A DNA stretch of 64,000 nucleotides. Origin: Dendrobates tinctorius (taxonomy: Eukaryota). Shown one piece after another: positions 53,563 through 64,000 of the stretch. How positions within the stretch are numbered: the first letter of the stretch is position 1; each line of letters begins with the position of its first letter. Under the pieces are notes generated by a model, which saw only the letters and a program-made list of their open reading frames with translations, was not told the origin of the DNA and made no database searches. The position numbers were made by a program, and so were the translations under genes. The DNA lies in contig NW_027361678.1 of assembly GCF_039654945.1 (NCBI RefSeq), positions 14,012,001 to 14,076,000 on the forward strand. Direction: 5' to 3'.

Positions 53563-54772
53563 GACTGGCACCAGGTGTTGTACTGTATGTGGCTTGGCAC
53601 CAGATGCTGTACTGAATATGTGACCTGCCACCAAGTGCTGTACTGTATACGTAACGTGGAATCAGGTGCTGTACTGTAGCAGTAACCTAGCACCAGGTGC
53701 TGTACTGTATATGTAGCCTGGCACCCTGTGCTGTAGTGTAGATGTAGCCTGGCACCCGATGCTGTACTGTATATGTAGCCTGGCACCAGGAACTGTACTG
53801 TATATGTGGTCTGGCACCCGGTGCTGTACAGTATAAGTGGCCTGGCACCACAAGCTGTACTGTATATGTGGTCTGGCACCCGGTACTGTACTGTATAAGT
53901 GGCCTGGCACCAGATGCTGCACTGTATAAGTAGCCCTGACACCAGCTCTACTTTATATGTGGTCTGGCACCCGGTGCTGTACTATATATGTAGCCTGGCA
54001 CCAGATGCTGTACTGTATATGTAGCCTGGCACCCGGTGCTGTACTGTATATGTTGCCTGGCACCCGGTGCTGTACTGTATACGTAGCCTGGCACCCGGTG
54101 CTGTACTGTATACGTAGCCTGGCACCTGGAGTTGTACTGTATATGTGGCCTGGCACCCAATGCTGTGCTGTATAAGTAGCCCTGGAATCAGGATCTGTAC
54201 TTTTATATGTGGTCTGGCACCCGTTGCTGTACTGTATATGTGGCCTGGCACCAGATGCTGTATATGTAGCCTGGCAGCCGATGCTGTGCTGTAAAAGTAG
54301 CCCTCGCACCAGGAGCTGTACTTTATATATGGTCTGGCACCCGGTACTGTACTGTATATGTGACCTGGCACCAGATGCTGTACTGAATATGTAGCCTGGC
54401 ACCCGATGCTGTGCTGTATAAGTAGCCTGGCACCCGGGGCTTTGCTGTATAAGTAGCATTCGCACCAGGAGCTGTACTTTATATGTGGTCTGGCACCCGG
54501 TGCTGTACTTTAAAAGTAGCCTGGCACTCAGTGCTGTACTGTATATGTAGCCTGGCACCAGGAGCTGTACTGTATACGTGGCCTGGCACCCCGTGCTGTA
54601 CTGTATATGTAGCCTGGCACCCGGTGCTGTACTGTATACATAGCCTGGCACCAGGAGCTGTACTGTATGCGTGGCCTGGCACCAGGAGCTGTACGGTATA
54701 TGTGGCCTGGCACCCGGTGCTGTGCTGTATAAGTAGCCTGGTACCCAGTACTGTACTTTATACGTGGCCTGT
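53563..54772. repeat. 31-bp minisatellite (GCCTGGCACCCGGTGCTGTACTGTATATGTA)n, NGB intron 1
   Basis: 31-bp period, ~39 diverged copies. Confidence 0.95.
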
Positions 54773-55174
54773 CATTAGACTCTGCACTTATGCACCATGT
54801 GCAGACTGATCCAGCCTTTTGTGTCTGTAATGACAACGTTATTATCGATAGTCTCCAGTATCGTTTTCCAGAAGGTGAAGAATTCTGAATATAACCGAAC
54901 GGTTTTTTCTCCAGAGAATTTCTCTGTACAGAATTATAGGCGACTAATCAGAAATGTGAATTTTCTCATCTCTTATTTTTATCCGTCTCTTACAGTTGAG
55001 AATAAGAAGCAAATATCAATGTAGAAAATCCATTTCTCACATTTACACAGATCTAAGGAATATACATAGTAATATAACCGTCCTTCTCAGTGTGACATAG
55101 TAATATATATAATAATAAATATATATTAATATACATGGTAATATGCTTCTCATCAGTGATGATATCTAATATAT

Positions 55175-56165
55175 AACTGCCAATTGTCACAGCTTCCGGC
55201 GATTGTGTCGCTATCCCACAATACACCGCGTCCCAATATACCCAAGTTATGGGTATTCCGATATGATGGCTGGGATTCATATCCCCCGCCGAGCCACGCT
55301 CAGCCAATGAGCAGCGCGGGATTCAAATCACCCGCCCCGCCGGCTGAGGCAACGAGCATTGCCGCGTGGGATTCGAATCCCCCGCCAAGCCGCGCTGCAC
55401 CGCTCATTGGCTGAGCGCCGCAGGATTCAAATCCCCCGCCAAAGCCGCTCGGCTCCGCTCATTGGCTGAGCCAACCGCCAGCTGAGGCTTGGTGGGGGAT
55501 TCAAATCCCGCTCAGCCGGTTGGGCGGGGGATTACTTACATACTTACCTGACCGGGGGGAGCGTTGCCGCTGCGCTTATCTTCTTACCGGAGACCGTGCA
55601 GGAGTGTGGTGTCGGAATCGCGAATGCGCAAAGCGCTATCCGGCGCCATTTTACTGAAGACACATTTGCAGTGTGTCTTAAGCAATATGGCGCTGGACAG
55701 CGCGGTATGGGCATGCGCGTACTCCGGCGCTCCTCCCCCGGCCTCTGGCAGAACGGGACAGCGCTGGAGCACAGGGGAGAACGGGGAGTATAAATGTTTG
55801 TTTTTTTTCTTTTGTATATGTGCAGTTTAATAGGGGTGAGAGGACCATACATATCAGGATAGGGGGGTGAGAGGACCATGCATACCAGGATGGGGGGTGA
55901 GGGGACCATGCATACCAGGATAGGGGGGGGTGAGAGGACCATGCAAACCAGGATAGGGGGTGAAGGGACCATGCATACCAGGGTATGGATGAGGGGGGAC
56001 CATGCATATCAGGATTGGGGGTGAGGGGACCATGCATACCAGGATTGGGGGTTGAGGGGACAATGCATACCAGGATTGGGGGTTGAGAGGACCATGCATA
56101 CCAGGATATGGGGGTGAGAGGACCATGCATACCAGGATATGGGGGGTGAGGGCTATGCATGCATT
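55175..56165. mobile_element. Probable non-autonomous DNA-transposon remnant with internal repeats
   Basis: GC-rich block with repeated GATTCAAATCCCCCGCC and CATTGGCTGAGC motifs and a ~30-bp array (GGGGGTGAGAGGACCATGCATACCAGGAT) at 55832-56160; no termini identified. Confidence 0.4.
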
Positions 56166-56167
56166 CA

Positions 56168-56728
56168 AATTTCATTTCTCCAGCGGGATTTGGTACCTGT
56201 CCACACTGCCAAAAGTACCAATACCTGGTTTACCATCAACAGTATCACTGTGCTTGATTGGCAGCAAACTCGCCTGACCTTAACCCCATAGAGAATCTGT
56301 CAAGATGAAGATGAGAGACACCAGACCCAACAATGCAGATGAGCAGAAGGCTGCTATCAAACCAACCTGGGCTTCCATAACACCTCAGCAGTGCCACAGG
56401 CTGATTGCCTCCATGCCACGCCACATTGATGCAGTAATTGATGCAAAAGGAGCCCGACCAAGTATTGAGTGCATTTACGAACATTACATTTCAGTAGGCC
56501 AACATTTCGGGTTTTAAAATCATTATTCAAGCTGGTGTTATAAAGTGTTCTAATTTACTGAGATAATGACTTTTGGGTTTTCATTGTCTGTAAGCCATAA
56601 TCATCAACAGTAACAGAAATAAACACGTGAAATAGATTGCTCTGTTTGTAATTACTCTGAGTTTCACTTTTTGTATTGATGAACTGAAATGATCTTTGAT
56701 GATATTCTAATTTTGTGAGAAACATCTG
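56168..56728 (+). mobile_element. 3' fragment of a degenerate Tc1 element
   Basis: Remnant [42 protein letters not shown]; terminus ..TAATTTTGTGAGAAACATCTG followed by TA. Confidence 0.85.
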
Positions 56729-56808
56729 TATATAGTAATGTAACCATCCTTCTCAGTTTGATGTAGTAATATGGCCACACTTCTCATGGTGATATAGTAA
56801 TGTATATA

Positions 56809-57041
56809 CAGGGTGGACCATTTATATGGATACACCTGGGTGGGCCATTTATAAAGTTGGATCCAAAATGGCCAACTTCAAAATGGCTACCATGGTCACC
56901 ACCCATCTTGAAAAGTTTTCCCCCTCCCATATACTAATGTGCCACAAACAGGAAGTTGATATCACCAACAATTCCCATTTTATTTAGGTGTATCCATATA
57001 CATGGCCCACACAGGTGTATCCATATAAATGGTCCACCCTG
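56809..57041. mobile_element. Tc1/mariner-type MITE, 233 bp
   Basis: 30-bp perfect TIR CAGGGTGGACCATTTATATGGATACACCTG with TA on both sides. Confidence 0.9.
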
Positions 57042-57081
57042 TAGTAATATGGCTGTCCTTCTCCTCAGTGTGATATATATA

Positions 57082-59538
57082 CAGTGCTCAAAAAAATAAA
57101 GGGAACACTAAAATACCACATCCTAGCTATCACTGAATAAAATATTCCAGTTGCAAACCTTTATTCATTGCATAGTGGAATGCGTTGAGAAACAATAAAA
57201 ACGATCAATGTAAATCAAATTTAATATTCCACTGAGATCTGGATTTGGAATGATACTCAAATTCAAAGTGGAAAATCAAATTAAAGGCTGATCCAACGTC
57301 AGTGGAAATGCCTCTACACAAGAAAATGATGTTCAGTAGTGTGTGTGGCCTCCATGTGCCTGTATGAACTCCCTACAACGCCTGGGCATGCTCCTGATGA
57401 GGCAGCGGATGGTCTCCTGAGGGATCTCCTCCCAGACCTGGACTAAAGCATCCGCCAACTCCTGGGCAGTCTGTGGTGCAACGTGACGTTGGTGGAAGGT
57501 GCGAGACATGATGTCCCAGATGTGTTCAATCGGATTCAGGTCTGGGGAACGGGCGGGCCAGTTCATAGCTTCAATGCCTTCATCACATTCCAGCCACATG
57601 AGGTCTGACATTGCCCTGCATTAGGAGGAACCCAGGGCCAACTGCACCAGCATATGGTCTCACAAGGGGTCTGAGGATCTCATCTCGGTGCCTAATGGCA
57701 GTCAGGCTACTTCTGACGAGCACATGGAGGGCTGTGCGGCGCTCCAAAGAAATGCCATCCCACACCATTACTGACACACTGGCAAACCGGTCATGCTGAA
57801 GGATGTTGCAGGCAGATCGCCCTCAACGGCGTCTCCAGACTCTGTCACATGTGCTCAGTGTGAACCTGCTTTCATCTGTGAAGAGCTCAGGGCGCCAGTG
57901 GCGAATTTGCCAATCCTGATGTTCTGTGGCAAATGCCAAGCGTCCTGCACGGTGTTAGGCTGTGAGCACAACCCCCATCTGTGGACATTGGGCACTCAGA
58001 CCATCCTCATGGAGTCGGTTTCTAACCGTTTGTGCACACACATGCACATTTGTGGCCGGCTGGAGGTCATTTTGCAGGGCTCTGGCAGCGCTCCTCCTTT
58101 TCCTCCTTGCACAAAGGCTGAGGTAGCGGTCCTGCTGCTGTGTTGTTGCCCTCCTACGGCCCCCTCCACGTCTCCTGGTGTACTGGCCTGTCTCCTGGTA
58201 GAACCTCCAGCCTCTGGCCACTACGCTGACAGACACAGCAAACCTTGCCGCAGTTTGGGTTGATGTGCCATCCTGGATGAGCTGCACTACCTGAGCCACT
58301 TGTGTGGGTTGTAGAGTCCGTCTCATGCTACCACAAGTGTGAAAGCACAACCAACATTCAAAAGTGACCAAAACATCAGCCAGAAAGCATTGGTACTGAG
58401 ATGTGGTCTGTGGTCCCCGCCTGCAGAACCACTCCTTTATTGAGGATGTCTTGATAATTGCCAATAATTTCCATCTGTTGTCTATTCCACTTGCACAACA
58501 GCATGTGAAATTGATTGTCAAGCAGTGTTGCTTCCTAAGTGGACAGTTTGATTTCACAGAAGTTTGATTAAGGCTATGTGCACACGTAGCGTTTTAAAAC
58601 GCTCACTAAAAACCGGACTCCTTCCCAGAAATCGTGCAGTTTTTTCCGCGCGATTTCACTGCGATTATGATCGCGATTTTGCCGCGATTTTCGCGTGCGT
58701 TATTCAAGCACTTTCCAAGCGATTTGAAGCATCGCTTGGAAAGTGATTGACAGGTGGGACAAACTCGTCAAACATAGTGTTTGACAAGTGTGACCAGGTT
58801 TTTACTATTGAGGCCGCCTATGCGGCATCAATAGTAAAAGATAGGATGTTAAAATGGTAAAAAAAAAATAAAAAAAATCGGGGTATATTTACCTTCCGGC
58901 GTCCCGCGCTGCATTCCCGGGCCTCAGCGTTCCCAGTAATGCCTTGCGAGACCTGTGATGACGTAGTCTCGCGTTGCTATAGCGATCTCGCGAGACCGCT
59001 AGAGTCACGCGAGACTACGTCATTACAGGGCCTTGCCGCAAGGCATTACTGGGAACGCTAGGCCGGGAATGCAGCGCGGGACGCCGGAAGGTAAATATAC
59101 CCCGATTTTTTATTTTTTTTACAGGGGTATGGTACCCAGGGCCTGGAGGACAGTCTCCTCTCCTCCACACCGTGGGTACCAACCGCACATGAGATGCTTA
59201 ACTTCCCGCATGGTGGGCATAGCCACATGCGGGAAGTAAGCGATTCTCATGCATTCCTATGGGTGCGGAATCGCGGCAATTCTTTGCGATTCCGCACAAA
59301 AGAATGAGCATGCTGCGATTTTTTCCGCGATGCGATTCCGCCCCGGAAAAAAGCGCAGCATTAGCACAGCATGTACGGAATACCATAGGAATGCATGGGG
59401 GGCGTTCTGTACACGATTTTTAAACGTTTTCGCGCCGAAAATCGCGGCAAAAACGCTTAAAAATCGCTACGTGTGCACACAGCCTTACTTGGAGTTATAT
59501 TCTGTTGTTTAAGTGTTCCCTTTATTTTTTGAGCAGTG
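57082..59538 (-). mobile_element. Degenerate Tc1 element with short (~27 bp) TIRs, interrupted by a Harbinger MITE
   Basis: TIR CA(G/C)TGCTCAAAAAA(A)TAAAGGGAACACT with TA flanks; broken transposase [51 protein letters not shown] (57333-58327). Confidence 0.92.
58572..59484. mobile_element. Harbinger/PIF-like MITE, 913 bp, nested in Tc1
   Basis: TIR GGCTATGTGCACACGTAGCG/CGCTACGTGTGCACACAGCC flanked by TAA and TTA; internal palindrome at 58860-59120. Confidence 0.88.
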
Positions 59539-60028
59539 TATATAGTAATATGGCTGCCCTTCTCCTCAGTATGATATAGTAATATATACAGTTGTGGCCA
59601 AAAGTATTGACACCCCTGCAATTCTGTCAGATAATACTCAGTTTCTTCCTGAAAATGATTGCAAACACAAATTCTTTGGTATTATTATCTTCATTTAATT
59701 TGTCTTAAATGAAAAAACACAAAAGAGAATGAAGCAAAAAGCAAAACATTAATCATTTCACACAAAACTCCAAAAATGGGCCAGACAAAAGTATTGGCAC
59801 CCTTAGCCTAATACTTGGTTGCACAACCTTCAGCCAAAATAACTGTGACCAACCCTTCCAGTAACCATCAATGAGTTTCTTACAATGCTCTGCTGGAATT
59901 TTAGACCATTCTTCTTTGGCAAACTGCTCCAGGTCCCTGATATTTGAAGGGTGCCTTCTCCAAACTGCCATTTTTAGATCTCTCCACAGGTGTTCTATGG
60001 GATTCAGGTCTGGACTCATTGCTGGTCA

Positions 60029-60358
<330 letters not shown>

Positions 60359-60492
60359 CTACTTTTGTCTCATCTGACCAGAGAACATTCTTCCAAAATG
60401 TTTTAGGCTTTTTCAGGTAAGTTTTGGCAAACTCCAGCCTGGCTTTTTTATGTCTCGGGGTAAGAAGTGGGGTTTTCCTGGGTCTCCTACCA

Positions 60493-62263
60493 CAGTGGTC
60501 CCCAACCTTTTTTGCACCAGGAACCGGCTTCAAGCAAGACCATTCTTCCATGGCCCGGCAGGGCGGGGATGGAGGTGTGACAGGGGCGGGGATTTGGTCA
60601 TAAGGGGGCGCGGGGCTATGGACGCGGTTGTAGTTTGGCAGTGCATACTTATCATTTAATTATAACATTTATAATGTGACTCAACTCTCCATAGGTTTTT
60701 GAATGAGTGGGAGCACCTGGCTTGTTTCTCTGTTTCAGTGGGAGCACTGGGCTACTTCTACTGATGACCGTCACTGCTAATGATGATTGGAACCTACAAG
60801 GAAATGGAGCATTGAGCACTTAAGAAAAATTGTACTGGAGTACTGTACATGCTGATTATGTTCTAATCATCAGAAAATGTATGTGTGGCTCCCCCTGTTG
60901 TATGCTTGGCTCCCCTGTCCCATCCTTGTATACATGGCTCTGCTCCCACCCTCCCATCCTGTATACATGGCTCTGCTCCCACTCTCCTATCCTGTATACA
61001 TGGCTCTGCTCCCACCCTCCCATCCTGTATGCATGGCTCCCCTGTCCCATCCTGTATGCATGGCTCCGCTCCCACTCTCCCATGTATTTATGGCTCCGCT
61101 CCCACTCTCCCTCCCTTGTATTTATGGCTCCGCTCCCATTCTCCCATGTATTTATGGCTCCGCTCCCACTCTCCCTCCCTTGTGTTTATTTCTCCGCTCC
61201 CACACTCCCTCACTTGTAAATATGGCTCCGCTCCCACTCTCCCTCCCTTGTATTTATGGCTCCGCTCCCACTCTCCCTCCTTTGTGTTTATTACTCCGCT
61301 CCCACACTCCCTCCCTTATATATATGGCTCTGCTCCCACTCTCCCTCCCTTGTATTTATGGCTCCGCTCCCACTCTGCCTCCCTTGTATATATGGCTCCG
61401 CTCCCACTCTCCCTCCCTTGTATTTATGGCTCCGCTCCCACTTTCTCTCCCTTGTATTTATGGCTCCGCTCCCACTCTCTCTCCCTTGTATTTATGGCTC
61501 CGCTCCCACTCTCCCTCCCCTGTATATATGGCTCCGCTCCCACTCTCCCTCCCTTGTATTTATGGCTCCGCTCCCACTCTCCCTCCCTTGTATATATGGC
61601 TCCGCTCCCACTCTCCCTCCCTTGTATTTATGGCTCCGCTCCCACTTTCTCTCCCTTGTATTTATGGCTCCGCTCCCACTCTCCCTTGTATTTATGGCTC
61701 CGCTCCCACTCTCCCTCCCCTGTATTTATGGCTCCACTCCCACTCTCCCTCCCCTGTATATATGGCTCCGCTCCCACTCTCCCTCCCTTGTATTTATGGC
61801 TCCGCTCCCACTCTCCCTCCCTTGTATTTATGGCTCCGCTCCCTCTCCCTCCCTTGTATATATGGCTCCGCTCCCACTCTCCCTCCCTTGTATATATGGC
61901 TCCGCTCCCACTCTCCCTCCCTTGTATGTATGGCTCCACTCGGCTCCCCCATCATACTTACCCTCACATCGCTGAACTTCCCTCCCTGCATCTCGCGGCG
62001 CTTCAGTTCCTGTGCGGAGCGGTCACATGCTACCGCTCATAAAGGTCTATGAATATGGACGCCACGCCTATGGGAGATGAGTGGCGTCCATATTCATGAC
62101 CTTAAATGAGCGGTACACTCGACCGCTCAGCACTGGATGAAGCCGACAGGGACCGCTAGGTATCAGCTGCTGCACGGCCGCCGGCTCCCCTTGTGTCTGC
62201 GGACCGGCAAGGGCACTGCAGCGGCCTGGTGCTGGGCCGCGGACCGGTGGTTGGGGACCCCTG
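60493..62263. mobile_element. Non-autonomous hAT element (Charlie-like ends), 1771 bp
   Basis: TIR CAGTGGTCCCCAACC/GGTTGGGGACCCCTG; perfect 8-bp TSD TCCTACCA at 60485-60492 and 62264-62271; removing it restores GLYGRRPRKTP of the Tc1 transposase. Confidence 0.95.
60882..61945. repeat. 34-bp minisatellite (TATGGCTCCGCTCCCACTCTCCCTCCCTTGTATT)n inside the hAT element
   Basis: 34-bp period (61561, 61595). Confidence 0.95.
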
Positions 62264-63384
62264 TCCTACCATACAGTCCCTTTTCATTCAGACGCCGACG
62301 GATAGTACGGGTTGACACTGTTGTACCCTCGGACTGCAGGGCAGCTTGAACTTGTTTGGATATTAGTGGAGGTTCTTTATCCAACATCCGCACAATCTTG
62401 CGTTGAAATCTCTTGTCAAATTTTCTTTTCCGTCCACATCTAGGGAGGTTAGCCACAGTGCCATGGGCTTTAAACTTCTTGATGACACTGCGCACGGTAG
62501 ACACAGGAACATTCAGGTCTTTGGAGATTGACTTGTAGCCTTGAGATTGCTCATGCTTCCTCACAATTTGGTTTCTCAAGTCCTCAGACAGTTCTTTGGT
62601 CTTCTTTCTTTTCACCATGCTCAATGTGGTACACACAAGGACACAGGACAGAGGTTGAGTCAACTTTAATCCATGTCAACTGGCTGCAAGTGTGATTTAG
62701 TTATTGCCAACACCTGTTAGGTGCCACAGGTAAGTTACAGGTGCTGTTAATTACACAAATTAGAGAAGCATCACATGATTTTTCGAACAGTGCCAATACT
62801 TTTGTCCACCCTCTTTTTTATGTTTGGTGTGGAATTATATCCAATTTGGCTTTAGGACAATTCTTTTTGTGTTTTTTCATTTAAGACAAATTAAATGAAG
62901 ATAATAATACCAAAGAATTTGTGTTTGCAATCATTTTCGGGAAGAAACTGAGTATTATCTGACAAAATTGCAGGGGTGTCAATACTTTTGGCCACAACTG
63001 TATAGTAATATGGCCGTCCTTCTCTGTATGATATAGTAATATATATAGTAATATGGCTGTCCTCCGTATGATATAGTAATATATATAGTAATATGGCTAT
63101 ACTTCTCCTCAGTGACGGCCATAAACTCCATCCATGGAGGCTGTGAGCTTTTTTTTTTACACTACAGCCCCACACACACGGCTCAGAGAGGAGACTGTTC
63201 TCCATTATCAAACATCTCCATGTATGAAGAGCCGTAAGTTCTCGCTATGTTTTAGGTCCGGTGAGGACGAGGCTGGGTCATTATTCATCTTTTCTGACCC
63301 CGAGCAATGGAGACTTTGATGTTGTGATGAATTGTCCTGCAGAAAAATCCTGTTTTTTGGATGGCAGTAGCTTGGAGGATTCCC

Positions 63385-64000
63385 ATTCAAAATAAAACAT
63401 AACTTTTAATAATTCATTAAAACCTGAGACATCACAAACAACACATATACAGACATAATAGTGCTCGTGCGTATCAATGCTCAGTTAAAAAATGGTTCGG
63501 TCTCACCATTACTCATGGATATAGACGCCCCGGCGTATTTTTCAGAGGTCCCCTGCTGGGTATTCGGGTCCATATAGCAGCACAAGACAGCGTGTGGAAA
63601 AGGAGGTTAAAGGGTTACAGGTGTGCAGTTTTCCCTATCCTCCCTGTCATGCCCAGGTATTACTCCTGTCCTTGCAAGGACCCTATAGTGTCACCCCCTG
63701 TTGTCAGAAGGGGTATTTGCTCCCTACGCGTTTCCTCCCCAATAACGGGGATTCATCAGGGGAGTTATACAAATAGATATAAGGGGGTTTAAATATATTT
63801 GTCCATAAAGAAAAAGAGAAGGCCCCGCAATGGCTGGGTGCCTCAACTAGCAGAGGGACTGTCCATATCACTTACTTTTTGGCAGTGATATGAAGAGTCC
63901 CTTTGCTAGTTGAGGCACCCAGCCATTGCGGGGCCTTCTCTTTTTCTTTATGGACAAATATATTTAAACCCCCTTATATCTATTTGTATAACTCCCCTGA
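63385..64000 (-). mobile_element. Penelope-like terminal repeat in inverted arrangement, running off the window
   Basis: Near-perfect inverted repeat 63756-63860 / 63896-64000 around a short hairpin spacer; adjacent hammerhead motif; AT-rich tail near 63390-63420. The left boundary is uncertain. Confidence 0.6.
63720..63764 (-). ncRNA. Minimal type I hammerhead ribozyme motif
   Basis: Minus strand reads CUCCC-CUGAUGA-A-UCCCC-GUUAUU-GGGGA-G-GAAA-CGCG-UA-GGGAG: both core boxes, 5-bp stem I, 5-bp stem II, palindromic CGCG in place of stem III, predicted cleavage after GUA. Confidence 0.75.

Noticed and set aside
60877-62052. 385-391-aa Pro/Leu-rich ORFs inside the hAT element
   Set aside because: Translation of the 34-bp minisatellite; no hAT transposase motifs.
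62030-62116. Pre-miRNA-sized hairpin
   Set aside because: Internal palindrome of a non-autonomous hAT element; no recognisable miRNA.

Overview
Vertebrate genomic DNA, most likely a frog (inferred from gene content and repeat families). It holds the conserved GSTZ1-POMT2-NGB gene cluster plus an extra uncharacterised kelch gene. I reconstructed exon by exon: (i) a BTB-less six-blade kelch-repeat gene on + (11 exons, 7871-11178, first exon upstream of the window); (ii) complete GSTZ1 on - (9 exons, 216 aa) with a probable GC-AG intron; (iii) 21-exon POMT2 on +, head-to-head with GSTZ1 across 114 bp, with an apparent 1-nt frameshift in exon 1; (iv) coding exon 1 of neuroglobin on +. Introns are either about 70-110 nt or swollen by intron-specific minisatellites and transposons. 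The transposons are three full-length Tc1 elements (one inactivated by a single nonsense codon), a Tc1 fragment and MITE, Harbinger MITEs, hAT elements, a 5'-truncated CR1 LINE, and two Penelope-like inverted ends carrying hammerhead-ribozyme motifs. About 3.4 kb (20677-24038) is N. Nearly all long ORFs in the supplied track are repeat artefacts. I found no clearly new multi-gene system. The best leads are the kelch gene and its antisense overlap with GSTZ1, the hammerhead motifs, and a nested Tc1 insertion hotspot in NGB intron 1.
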